A stretch of DNA of 64,000 bases from Bugula neritina (lineage: Eukaryota; Animalia; Bryozoa): the NCBI GenBank assembly GCA_964035545.1, contig OZ037767.1, positions 2,305,680-2,369,679 of the forward strand. The letters are read 5' to 3'. Positions 33,702-58,800 of the stretch are shown piece after piece. Positions within the stretch are counted from its first letter, which is position 1, and each line of letters opens with the position of its first letter. The notes below the pieces were generated by a model. It worked only from the letters and a program-made list of their open reading frames with translations, did no database searches and was not told the origin of the DNA. Position numbers and translations under genes: made by a program.

Positions 33702-36700
33702 ATCATGTTTTATATTATTTTATAATATATTACAATATAATATGATATAATTTATTTGAGATTATGCCATAAATTGATATATCATATTACTATCATATGT
33801 ATAATTTACATTGTTATATGTATTATATCATGGTATATATTGCATTAGACAACGTATTGTATTGCATTATATATGAAATAATACACAATATATATTACAA
33901 TGTTTATACTGAGATTTAATGAGAGAACAGATTATAGACGTGTCTGGCCCCAGGTTTGCCTCCCATGGGGTATAAAATATTATTCCTAAAACAAATTGAT
34001 ATTATGTTAAGCTTGTCTGGCTAGAATACGTGCCAACTAGCAACCACAGAACACAGGCCAAACAGTGTTGGCACCAAGGCTACATAATCTTAGCAGCACA
34101 ACCCTATATAACATTATTACGTTTGCTTCTTATGACCCAAAGGTATTGCAGTTTGTTTTTGACGTGATATTCCCTGTCAACCACTGCATGTGTTTGTTTT
34201 TTTGAAAGTTGTGGTGACACGAGACAATACAATGAATTGGAATCAATTCTTGTCTGAAGCAATTATATTATAGAAGAATATAAGTTATAAAATTAATCAA
34301 TACACATGACTATCTACGTAATGTAAATGCTGAGTGTTTTACAATAACGCGTATGTGTTGTGTTTATGACTCTGCTATGTTTTATCTACTTTTTCAAAAC
34401 TTGTTTGTATGACTGTAAAATGTTATAAAATTTTATTCATTTGCTATTCAGTAACTTTGAGGGAAATCTATCCTCTTACAGAGTCAATGATGTTAAAACT
34501 ACATACATTAAATGTCAAAGTTATTTCAACCAGACATGTGGTGATACTTAGTTGTTCTTTGTATGACAGACTAACTGTCAGAATGTGTCAGCATGTCTTA
34601 TTGTGTCATCACATGTCAGTATGTGTCAGTATGTGTTATTATGTGTCAACAAATGTCAGTATGTGTCAACATGTGTTAGTATGTGTCAGTATGTGTTATT
34701 ATGTGTCATCACATGTCAGTATGTGTCAACACGTGTCAGTATGTGTCATTGTGCGTTAGCATATTTACAAGGCATGAAAACTTACCCTTTTCAGCTCTAC
34801 ACACAAAAGATGCCTTTAGAGAGCATTGTCTGTTTTTCACTGCACTTTCACTGTAGAGTAACACCCCACACTGCCCTTCTCCTTCCGGATAGCCTATATA
34901 CCTACAAGATATGATACATAATTATATAACAACTAATATACCTGCAGTTGTCATGGCAACAAGACATTATATCTCACATGTCACTTTATACTAATTAATA
35001 ATTAAAATACATTAATAATATGGTCTCAATATTTATTATTGCTGTAACTATTTTTAAATTATTTTATGGGTTCTATTTATATACTTAGTTTTTAAAAGAC
35101 TAGAATTTTGATTCTGCTTGTTCAATATTTTGTGTTACCAGTTTAGTTTGTCCATCAGCTGAGTATTATTTGAGGAGAGCCATTGGCCGTCTGCTACTTC
35201 TACCATGTCAAGCCAGACGTTACCCTGATTGACCTCGGCAACCTCAGTTTGTCTGCAATGAAGTGAGTATTACTCAATTATTCCACTACATCACTACTCG
35301 GACAGAATCAAATGCAATAAAGATTATGACACAAGTTACACAACCATTTTAGTAATGAACGGGATGAGTTATTAGTATTGAACTACACTACAATCTTCTA
35401 TGTGTTCTCAACTCTAACAGCTACAGTAGATGACAGCTATATGTTATTATGTACACAAAATTCTAATAAAAGTAGTTATAATAATGAGATTGTCAAATTT
35501 TACAAATTTATTACTGTAAAAGAAAACACAATGAAACATTATTTTATTTTACTGTAAAAAATGCTAATAAATTGTTTAAAAAGCTGTATACAGAGACACA
35601 CTTCTTGTTTAATATAACTGTATTTTTATCCTCAAAAACGAATTTGGTGATAAAAGACAAATCCGTAGTGTACTCTTTTTATACTACATGTACATATTAC
35701 CATTGCGCATTCAATACCACAGGTGTACAACAGAAGATGCAGTGACAATTGATAAAACCTCAATAATGCAGGCATATCTATGGCAGAGAATTGTTTTGTT
35801 TGTTTTATTTATTTTGATTTGTACAAGTTGTTGGCACATGAGCTGAAGTGCTAGAAGAGGTGATGAAAGTGCCAAGTGTGGTCAATTTCTAGTAATCAAC
35901 ATCAATTAATGGTTAAAATAACAGAATCGCTTTAACACAAAGAAAAGGCGGCACATCATTGAATGACATCCAATTGTCATCCTAATTACAAGTAAACTCC
36001 TTAATGTAAGCCTCCTAAGAAATATGTTAAACGGTATTATTGTAGAGCCTCTTTCTAAGTCTATTTTTGTACATGATGTGTGTTTATAGAGCTTTGAAAA
36101 TATAAACTATATGTTACTTAAATTGTTGGAGTTAAGTAAGCAAAAATTTTAATTTTAGCTTGAAGTTGTCATGGCTGCTAGACAAAAAAAAATTAAAATT
36201 TTTTAAAAGTTTTTGCCTCGGCCAAAAATTTTCAACTTTCAACTGCAATTCCATGCCTTCTATTCGGAGTAGAGGTTTTTGTTAATTTCGCCATATAATA
36301 TGTCAATCATCAGTTCTAACAATATGAATGATAAAAACCTGAAAATTGGTAGCAGGTTTTAATTATAATAAACTTAAAAATTGCATGTATTTCGTTATAC
36401 ATGAAAGTGTGAAGCATCATATATTATAATATGTAGGTGGCAGCATAGAAATAATTAAATGTGAACAATTAATATGAGTTTCATAGTATTATAATATTAA
36501 GGTATATTAAGCAATTACAGCTACTTTCATTAAATTTTTGATTTGTTGCAAATGTAAGTAAAAGCATAATTGTGGTTAACCATTTAGGTTTACTAGTGAT
36601 AAATTTATTATGTGTCTCAGAACAAGGTAGAAGTACTGAAGGGAGGTTATATGTAAGAAGTGGGAGAGTAAGAGCATATAGAGAGTGCAAAAAGAGTAAA

Positions 36701-39475
36701 AAAGTTAAGGTTTGAAAACAGAAAATAACTGCAGTTTCACAGTTTATGCTTTATTTCAGGTAATTTTTTGAGAAGTTAATAAATAACCAAGGCTGGTTTT
36801 GACTTCTATTTCAGTGTGTATTAGGTTTGAATTTCGCTAAGTTTTGAATCATGGAAAGCTAATTATATCGATGTTTTCAGTTACCATAGTTTTGCGTCTC
36901 ACTTTCCACACTGTTCTTCATACTTACATGTAGTAGGACACACCGGGTATATCAAGTTGGCTAGTCGGGGCGACTAGCCCACCGCCGATGTGTCGACAAG
37001 ATGTTTGGGCATCATCAAATGTAGCCTGAGTTGGAATGTAATAGAGGCATTTCATGGTGAGATCATCTTGGTACCAGCTAGCTGGACATTTACTAAGTGT
37101 TGTGGCTAGAACTTGTAGCAAAACTAAAAAGAAAAATAATAATTGTTTTTTAAAATGGTTTGTAGGAAATTTTCACATTTGCTAAGCTGACAAGTTCAGT
37201 CACATGATGTATTTCTTTTCTACAACTACTCATAATTATGACAGGATTTATATAGTTATAACATAATTTTATGAAATATCCTAAATGTATTGCTAAAACT
37301 AGTATATTGTGGCGTTTAATAGATTAAATTCTTTAAGCCAAAAGAATTATTTAATTCTATTCTTTTACATTACCAGGTTAGCAAGGCTCAAGTCACACAC
37401 AATGCAAGTTAGTTACGACACTTCTTTGATTGAAAGAGTGTTTTCTGTGTTTAAAAGCTAGCTATGATAAATATATTTTAATTCTCAGAAGCTCTGCTCT
37501 TTATCAGCTTAAGCAAGTTATATTTGAAAAGCCGTAAACTGCTTTTACTATCTTAGAAATAAAATATAAAACAAGTATAGGGAGGGGTGAGAGATTCCCT
37601 GTGTAGTGTCGAGGGAGCTTTATAACATCACGTACTACTATAAAATTCCTTTTTTGTAATTAGTCTGGAATGTTCCATTGTATATTTATAGTGATTATCA
37701 TTTAATAATTTGCAGTCTTTTTATTATCAATTTATATAGCAATGTGCTTTCCTATACCAAGAATACACTCAAATATACAACAAGACTAATGTAATTTATG
37801 TATAATTATCAAACTCCTTTTAGCGAAACCTGAGAATCATACTTTTAGGGTGGGGGTTGGGTAGGTGTCCCTCACTAAATGATTATTCCTAAAGGCTTAA
37901 TTGTTTAGAGTAACGCTAGTCATTGTTGTGTAATGTGAGATGGAGAAATTAATTTGACACATAGCATTGTCATAGGAGATGTTACAGCAGGTGCTTTATG
38001 GTAGCAGCCGAGATGAGCAATATACGACTAGTAATAAGGTTGTCTACAAACAGAAACCCCCTTATAATAATATACTTACATGTTTCCATAAAGATAAAAA
38101 CATAACTAGTATTTTCTTAGTTATAAAATGCTTTTAGCATTGTAGCAATTTTAAACTTGCATAATAATGCTCTACTAGTTAGGCATAACTATTTTATAAG
38201 CTTTCTAAGTGCTTGTAGATATCTACAATTGCAGATTCTACCATAATTTAAAAGTAAGTATCCATATTATATAATAATTATTTGAAGCCTGCATACTGCA
38301 TACAAACTAGTTAGGAGTTGCACCGCTTTTAGTATTAAAGGCTATAAGAATAAGAATTAAAAATAATAGAAAAGCAAGTAGTTTTATGTGACAAAGCATT
38401 TTAGTTGGTATTGCTAATATTTACTCATACTTTAATAAAGAGATAGATATTATTACTGATAAAAGATGTAAACTGAAATACCTAATTTCAGTTTTTGCTA
38501 TATTTAAAATGCTGTAAAATTTAAAAAAACTATTTCGGATATCATCCACCATGTTCTTAAAAAGCATTGATTATGTGCAAAGTGGATATATTCATATCCC
38601 ATGATTGTAATCACGTGATCATAGTCACAACTCTACAAAAACCCTGCAGTATCAAAGTGTGCTAGCGCTATGGGCTTGTCTCACCCTAAACCTGCAACAT
38701 ACCTCAAGGGCCTCAAAGCAGTATAGATGCAAATTACTAATGAAAACTTCTCCTAATGTTACTAACAACTTATTTAGGAGTTGAACCACTAGCCTAGCAG
38801 GGTGTGTGTCATGTTAGACCAGCATTATTACTCTTTAGGCCTTGGCTGCTCTCAACATTAAAAATAAACAAACACTGCATATCTTAGAATTATACAAATT
38901 ATGATGCAAAATATTCTCACACAGTCAAAACGGAATACAATTTCTCCATGAACAGATTGCTATGATAAGCTATGGCTAACCAAGAGTCACATATTAGAAT
39001 TAGATCTGTGTTACTTTCAGTGCAATACAACTGTTTGGAGGTAGACAAGTGAAGATTAAAGAGAACTGCCTGTGAATGTCACAGCAACAGCTGCAGTCAG
39101 CTGTCACTACCAATCTGTGCATATTAAGAGCAGTTGACAGCGAAAGGGTGTGAAAATCTTGCATTTGAAAAGCAAATAATTAACATTCCTTGATTATTAT
39201 ATACATATTTTAATGTAGAGCAACTACATTTAGATAGAGGTGAATTATTATATAACTGTATTTTTAAATATGTACTAAATTATCTATATTCTATAAGAGC
39301 AATTTTGGTGGTTTTGTTTAAAGCAGCCAAATAGTCTTACAGGTTTTTTAAACATTTAAGAGATTGTTTTTAAAAAAAATTCAATAATACGCTTAAATTC
39401 CTACACGTAGATTCTGATCGGTAAGGAAGAAAAAGAAATGATTTACTTACCAAATAAAATAGGTAGATGTTCCAT
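30772..39475 (-). CDS. C-type lectin domain + two Sushi/CCP domains, extracellular (possibly GPI-anchored), ~323 aa
   Basis: Exons 39475-39451, 37111-36928, 35252-35139, 34901-34786, 32339-32139, 31635-31417, 30884-30772 are phase-compatible. CPASW..KCLYY..ATFDDAQTSC..GGGLV..VWLD..FVC (CTLD); CPPL..CEPGY..CKKSGAWS..C and C..FTCEG..CGGDGSW..C (CCPs). First exon less certain. Confidence 0.85.
34570..34750. repeat. 10-bp minisatellite (ATGTGTCAGT-like)
   Basis: About 18 degenerate units next to a lectin exon donor; a related reverse-complement array lies at ~53195-53280. Confidence 0.85.
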
Positions 39476-40186
39476 TTTTGCTTATTTCAAATCTGTAGGT
39501 ACACTAGTATATATTTTATATAATCCTAAATCTTTGCACTAGACTCTGGGTTGCTGTTTTGCATACATATAAAAGAGATTGTAGGAATCTGTATGCAGTT
39601 GTAAGATTCACTCCTCAAATAGCTTTGTGCAAAGTGTAACTCTAACAGCAGACACTCAAATGCACCCGGTGACTATTATTATCAATACTAATGATTGTAT
39701 TACATGTGCTGCTGAGCCGCATGTTTTTTATAAAGGCATTGTTTCATTGGCTATAGTTATCAGAATCAACCAATCATCATCGTATATCCATAGAAATGTT
39801 TAATTAAGTAATGCTACAACTCCAGAAAAGAGATAATAAAACAACTATAGAGCAATATAACAAATATTATACTACCAGTCGATCATTACATAAGTGATTG
39901 TATTAGAACTGAAACACCGGCCAAGCACTATTATCATCATAACAATAAACTAAATACATTCCACATTTTATAGCGTTTAAAAAAACTTTATAATTTACAA
40001 AATACTTTTAATACCATCAGTAATGCGTTCACTATGTTTTCAAAAAGTAGTAGAACTTGGATTTTAAAATTTTCTAATCTAGATAGAAAGAAATGCTATA
40101 CAGAAGTGTTATGAGATCACCAGTGAAAAGGAAGTGATACAGCAGTAGAAGTTCATGCAGATGAAATAAAATATTCTTTCAAGTTC

Positions 40187-46283
<6,097 letters not shown>

Positions 46284-47192
46284 TTTCTTCTTTTTCTAAA
46301 ATATATTATAAATAGGAATAATTGATAACTGCTTACAGTTTGCATTTTAACGCCATTCTAGTTTTGAAAACTTTTTTATTGTTTAAATTTATATTAATTA
46401 ACACAAGCGCAGTTGAACACTAGTATACATTATTTGATTGGGATAATATACACCAGTACTTACTTCACATTAGCATAATAATCCAGTCCTCTTCAACACC
46501 TTGTCATGTCAAAGTATGTGTAAATGTCCTAAGAAATAATTTAGGAATTCTAATTTTCAATAACCTCCCAAAGTTTTGGCATAATGGTACCAGTGTGCTC
46601 ACGCTACAGCATAAGTCTGGTGAATAGCTCATTAGCATTGACCATGCTGCATAAGTTTATTACGTAAATGTGTCGCGTGTATTAATTATTGATTTTTGTG
46701 ATGAATATCAGTACAAAGACAATAACCTGCAGCCTGTCAAAAATATAGAGCCATTAATTATTGAAAAACTGCAAGACTTTCTATGCTGGACTTTCTATGC
46801 TGACTACGGCAGGGTAATTACATCACATATTGCAAGCAACTAAGCAGAGATCTTAAAATGGGGAACTGCATGGTGAAACTAATAAGCAATTTTAACAAGT
46901 CTTACAGAGTCTCATAATTACTATACATTATATAAAATGCTTTATGTTGTATAATTTATAATTGTAAGTTGTAACAATTTTTTATATTTGAAAGTCAATT
47001 AATCTATTTTTGCTCACAAACTACTTTTTGTTCTTGTATCACTACTTGGTCACACTTGATAAAAGCTAGTAACTGTTTGCATGCTCAAACAACTTTGTTT
47101 TTTAAAGAAATTTTGTGCAAACATGTTTTGAATAAAATTGGGGTTTGTGCTCACTTGCTGATGAAGTTTCCAGTTGGCTCTAAAGCCTGTAG

Positions 47193-48438
<1,246 letters not shown>

Positions 48439-49678
48439 CTTAATCACAGTTTAATCACTAAGCTGGCTTTAAAGTTTAATAGCATGCAGGGTTTGGGCTT
48501 TACTCCGTTACACTGAAGTAATTATTAACTTCCTTTACATGTATTTTTTCAATATTTTTCATAGGCGAACCAACCAATCATCTTGTTTGTCTTCCTCAAA
48601 GTAATTAATTTTTCAGCTTGTCTTGGAATATTAATTTCCTTAATGATCATCTATAGGACTGAATTCACTAGAGACTTTAAATAATTCAGTCTCCAAGTCA
48701 GCAATGAACAAATGTGTCAGCTTGCAGTCCATGCAAATTATTTTATTCATTAGACGGACAAAAAAAATCATGTTACAGAATTCACATTCTAAAATATATT
48801 AATAATAAATTCTGGTAACATTAGATATTGTATTCATTGACAAAATGACATTGTAAGATAAATAAACATGGTACGTAGGCATAAGGTTATGTTTGTGCTA
48901 TAAAAGGAAAATGTCTCAAGTATATACAACTCTAAAATATTTCAATATTATAATTAAAAACTGTAAAATGTTACGTGCAAAGCATGTAGTTCCACTGATG
49001 TAGCAATGTTTACAATGTGATAGGTTAGATATGTTCAGTTTTACACAAGTTCTAGTTATCCATTGCTGGGAAAAGCCAGGCATTTCAAGCTCTGTAAATG
49101 TTTATATAACACTTGAGACAAAATTCTCACACAACAAAAATGTGCTGGAAGTGGTTAGCTGCTATGCAAGAAATTAGCATAACCCAAAAACTGTATGCTT
49201 AAATTGAACTGTGAACTACAAATATTTTGACAATATTCAGCCAATCATATAACCATATTTGCCGCATGTTATTTAGAATTAAATGATATCACTACAGCAC
49301 AAAGTGTAGTCAAGCCTGATTTCTATACACAGCATTTTTTAGAAGAAAAAGCGAATTTCTGTGAAACCATGATTTTAAAACAACTTCAAAAACAGCAGAA
49401 TACATTTTTATTATAACTATTTAGTTATTATCATAACCATAAAAAATGTATCAATGTGAAAAGAAAACACAAGCTGTTTACAATTATTTATAAAAGTTTA
49501 TGCCTACATGAAATCCTGTCGTTTGACACAAACATATTGATAAAAATCTATAAAAAATGGCGTCTAAATTAATTTTCATCAGATACAACAAATAGACATC
49601 TCCGCTGCATAGAATTAGTTAAAGGAGACACAAGTGACGGTAAGTTAGTTACAGTCACCACTTGTTGTCTCGTACAGT

Positions 49679-53710
<4,032 letters not shown>

Positions 53711-54194
53711 GTTTATATACTCCTGTGAAACAGTAAATATGTGAACTTTGTGAACTTTTCTGTCTGACCGGAGCAAACTAGTCGCCTTGTTTAAAAAACT
53801 TGATCAATAAAATGAGACAAGCTTTACTTCTACAGAGTGAGTAAAGACACTCCATTTTGTAAGAATCTAGGCATTAACAGAGCAAAATTATTATTTCTAG
53901 TTATTTTTCTTATTATACATTTGATGATGCATTCACCATAATCTTATACCTGTTGTAACCTAATACTGTGATCTTGTGTTGACATGTAGGAAGATGAAAA
54001 TTTTCATAAAAATGCACCAATAAACTCAGTTATAAAATGTTGTCGTCTTCCCACGTTATATGATGTATTTAATCGATACGCAAGTCTCCAAAGCAAGTAA
54101 GTATTTAGTGATATATAAATTGTTGAATAGCATTGTTTTGCTTTCTCCTAATTATTAATATATTATGCAAATGAACTTGGTTATATTGGATAAA

Positions 54195-54372
54195 TACTAC
54201 TACCTCTTTTTTAGAGTTTTCTATTGTATTCTATAGACCAAATTCTTATAGTGCACACAACTCCATGCTAATAAATTGAAAAAGCTTTAAATTATCTAAT
54301 AACAAAGATAAGTGTTGGCTTGGCATAACTTGACACTGATTCTAGTGATGGAATGAGGCTAATTTTACTACA
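54195..54372 (+). repeat. Dispersed repeat, second copy at ~56834-56995
   Basis: Shared TACTACTACCTCTTTTT...TAGTGCACACAACTCCA.GCTAATAAATTGAAAAAGCTTTAAATTAT...AGGCTAAT; class unknown. Confidence 0.8.
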
Positions 54373-55277
54373 AAAATTATTCTTCAACATTAACACATTA
54401 CGTCTAAATGATTACAAATGTTGCAACATTGCATAGCACATGATGATTGAGTTACATTTAGTTTTACAGCAATGTTCAATATGAATATGTAAATAATATT
54501 ACTAGCTTAAAATGGACAATAATCACAGGAGTTATTTTAAACTGGTTGATTAAAAATAATGATTTTTAATATACACTAAAATAATAAAATCTACAAATTT
54601 TAAAGTCTAGACCTAAATCTAGCAGCACTAACTTTAACTGTATGTATTAACTCAAACTGTAAACTGTTAAGTGCAATCATATGGATATTGATTATGATAA
54701 TCATAATGATATTGATAATGTGTAGTTGCTTATGCCTATCAGGTTGGGTTACACAATAACAATTTTACATTTGACACTCAGAAAATAAAATTGAGTGCCA
54801 ATCTTAGTTTAAAAATGGAGCCCTTTGCGCAGCTATAGCTACAAAATTCACTCTGGTAAAACGAAATTCAAAATAGAAAATTTGAATTAAAAAAATTAAT
54901 TGATGGAAAGGGAAACGGAAACAGTCCAGAGATTTACACTTACGCGCGCTATTAACTACCATTGATTGGTTCATAAAAAGTCTGTAATTAAACCAATAAT
55001 TTAATTCGATGAGATAAGTGAAATAGCCGACAAAAGAAAATTGTGTTTTCACCACTAACAATTATTCAGTGCGAGCTTGCGTCTCTATGGATGACAAAAT
55101 TTACAGGCACATGTCAACATGAACATGTCACAGTCAGTTATTCATATTGCTGTGATTTATTTGACATTGCTTTAAGTCAGATGTCTTCTTTACTATTATT
55201 ATTGCTATCTAATTTTTTATCACTATATTTCTAAGTAGGTCTATTATTTTGTTGCATAATAATCCTTTTATTGCTAG

Positions 55278-55328
55278 AACTACTAGTAGTACTAGTACTA
55301 GTAGTACTAGTAGTACTACTTCTACTAG

Positions 55329-55402
<74 letters not shown>

Positions 55403-55452
55403 GTATTACTACTAGTACTAGTATTACTACTCTACTAGTACTAGTAGTACTA
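55278..55452. repeat. (ACT)n / (AGT)n trinucleotide repeat
   Basis: Direct inspection. Confidence 0.95.
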
Positions 55453-55819
55453 GAAGCAGAGGTATATTTTATTTTATTTTTAGGTTATTACATTCACTGA
55501 TTAGGATAGTTATAGTCATGCTCATATTGATACATTCACATTGAGATTGTGTTTTAGAATGTAGGTTAAAATTTATAATTTCTAATTCATCACAACAATT
55601 CACTAACAAGTTACTCTGAGAGATGATAAAGATTGATCATTGTTATTGTAATAGCCTTTAATGTCTTTTTTCAACATTGAGTTTTAATCATGCATATGTG
55701 GTTATATAAAACTAAAAATTATAATTGTTCTTCGTAGATGTGAAAGAAAACTTTGGTTACTGCCACCGCTTTTCCCACATCAGTGAGATTAAGATCAGGC
55801 TAGAACTTTCGACTTCAGA

Positions 55820-58800
55820 ATGAATCGAAATTTGAGGACTCCAGCTGCTGAAAGTGATGTAACTGAACAGCAAGAAATTTCCGAGGTGTGGTGCAGGCAT
55901 TTTCTTATAACAGTTAACCAACAATTTAAATTATAAATGGTTTGATTTTGTTTTTTACTTTACTCATAAAAGGCAGACGTCATCTTCAACTTTGCATGTC
56001 TTTCTGCTAAACCTGTAGCTTCAATTATTATATGTTTTAAAGTTTAATTTTGTTGTATTCTCTCATAACAGTCATAGGTGCACATGTTTAGTTCAGTTAT
56101 AAATATAATATTTAGATTTGCTTTTTATCATGACCCACCTATGCTATTTTTATATGTACACTTTTGCCTATGTTTATTATGAATGTGCTGTAAATGTATT
56201 TATTCAATATTTTCATTTTTACTCTCACAAATATTACATAGTAATTGAAATACTTTATGACAATTAGTATAAATTGTTTTTAAAAAGCAATCTCACACTC
56301 ACCTATCTTATGAATATAACTCGGTGAAGCTACTGAATACTCTTACAGATTTATAACTTGCTCTTACTGGCTAATGACAAAATTGAAAGTGGAAAACTAA
56401 AAGACGCTAAAGCCTTAGGCGTGGAAGCTCTAGAGATTGATGAAACAAGCTTGGAGGTTCTCAGTCTACTCGTAGATGTCAACATCAAACTGAGGAAATA
56501 TGAAGAGGCGTTTGTTTACGCTGAGTCTATGATAGACATACACCCTAATGATCCCCTAGTATGCTTGCTTACTACTTCTTGAAGTTTTTAACTCTGCAAA
56601 ATTATTGTCTAATTGTATTCATCTACTTCTTGTTTAGACAAAGGCTTTTAGGTTTGCCTAACTTTTCAGTCTAGTAACTAGTTGATGATTAAATCTTCAT
56701 TAAATAGTCAGTCATTTTTAGTAGTAGAGTTTCGAAAATAATAGGGTTGTGTAAAATGGAATGAAATATATTACGTAAGTAGGCTCGGTGATATTTGATA
56801 AATCAGTTAGTGGACTAATGAAGTATGTAACTGTACTACTACCTCTTTTTATAGTTTTCTATTCTATTGGCCATGTTCTTATAGTGCACACAACTCCACG
56901 CTAATAAATTGAAAAAGCTTTAAATTATATAAAAACAGCCATAAGTGTTATCTTGGCATGACTTGGCACTAATTTTAGTAAAGACATAAGGCTAATGACA
57001 ATATAGTAATTATATGTAGTGTAGTATTGTTAGATGAGTTTACAAATACTTACAGTTTAGTATGTTTGACTGTTGAGATGTTTTGTGCAGGGTCCCCTGT
57101 GCAAGGCCAGAGTTCAGTGTGAGATGAAACATTACCGAGACTGTATAACCAGTAGCCTTCAGAGTTTATCTATGGGCTATGGAAAGCATAAGGAACCTTC
57201 CACACTCATTGTAAGAGCAGTACAGGAGATCCTAGGCTTTTCTCAAGACTTTACTGAAAGTTTAAAAGGTAGGCAACAGTGATGCTACAGTAGAAGTTTA
57301 CTTGAAGCTATTTACTGTGTGCTGGGTGGTTAGCTATGCATTGTAAACCTAAATTAGATCCTATTCGTTTAAAAATAATTGCTTGTTTGAATCTATAATT
57401 AAAAATTATAAGTATGTTAATGATTTTACAAATGACTGTGTTGTCACTACTATGGGTATCGCTAATTGCAGCACAAATTTTGCAGTCACTGAGTGCAGAG
57501 TTTGTCTACACATCATTCCAAACTCAAAACCCCTGAACCACTACACTCCGTGGCCCCAAACTTTGTGCTGCCTCATGCCACAACCATAGCCTCAGTACCA
57601 TCACCGCCCTAGCCAGGGCAGAGTTTAAATTTCAAAGGAGACGTGCTTTATTTTATGAACTCATTGTCAATTAGATCTGTTAGTTTTGTGATACATGCAT
57701 AGACTGGTAAACCCGTCCCTTTGTGTAGGCTGGTACAGTACATTCTATTTATAGACATGGACTACTACAGTCAGTTGGGGGAAGTTGGGATAGAGCTCTT
57801 AGCTGCTAAACAGAACATCCTTGTCATTCAGATCTTGGAGGTGGCCTTGAAGCTTCAGACTATGCAGGTAAATAGAGCTTCAGACTATGCAGGTAAATAG
57901 AGCTTCAGACTATGCAGGTAAATTGAGCTTCAGACTATGCAGGTAAAAAGGCTTCAGGAAATAATGGCTGCAGACCATTTGCTGTACTTACAAATTAAAC
58001 AGTTCATTTTTGGAAAATTCATTCATTTATAGAAAGCAAATTTCTAATAACAGCCTTCGGGCATGAAATAGAAAGAACAGTTCAATGACTAATAGAGATC
58101 CATGAGTATATTATGAAATTAGTCAATTGAAAACTCAAATTGAAACTATTACTAAAGCTACACAGTTATTGAACTTGCTATTCACTAGAATATATTGCAT
58201 ATGTTGAAAGTCAATAAATTTGTAAACCAAGATTTATTGAAGTTCCTTTCAAGTCTAGAACTCATTGCTACAAGTGTAGATGTTGTTGTTACAAGTGTAG
58301 ACCTCGCTGTTGCAAACCTAGAACTCGTTGTTTACATCCTTTCAGTATGGAGTCAGTATGAGAATATATCTAACACAAGGTCACGCCTTCTGCGCTGTCC
58401 AGAAGTATGAGGCAGCGTTGAAGGCGTATGAGAAGTGCTATCAAATGGCTGTCTCCACTCATGATGTCGCCCATCAGACCAAAGCCTTAGTGAACACTGC
58501 AGCTCTCCATGTCAGTTTGGGTGGGTACATCAGTCTTACCTAAACTTGCAAATTATATTTGATTATAGAATTCATGTCATTTTATGAGATTTATTCGATG
58601 ATTGTTTCTTATAACTTTCCAATATATTATGATAAACAAATTTTGATTAAATCCTTTTTGCCAATTCTTAAATTTATTTTTTCGGGTGAGATAAATTTAG
58701 TTATAATTTAATTTTTTCATATTAGTGAAGTATGGCTCTTGGCAAAAATTATTTTTTGTGGTTGTATAATTTATTTCTCGCAACTATTTTAACCTATTAA

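Noticed and set aside
55249-55500. Poly-Thr mucin-like ORF
   Set aside because: (ACT)n microsatellite with no supporting splice structure.
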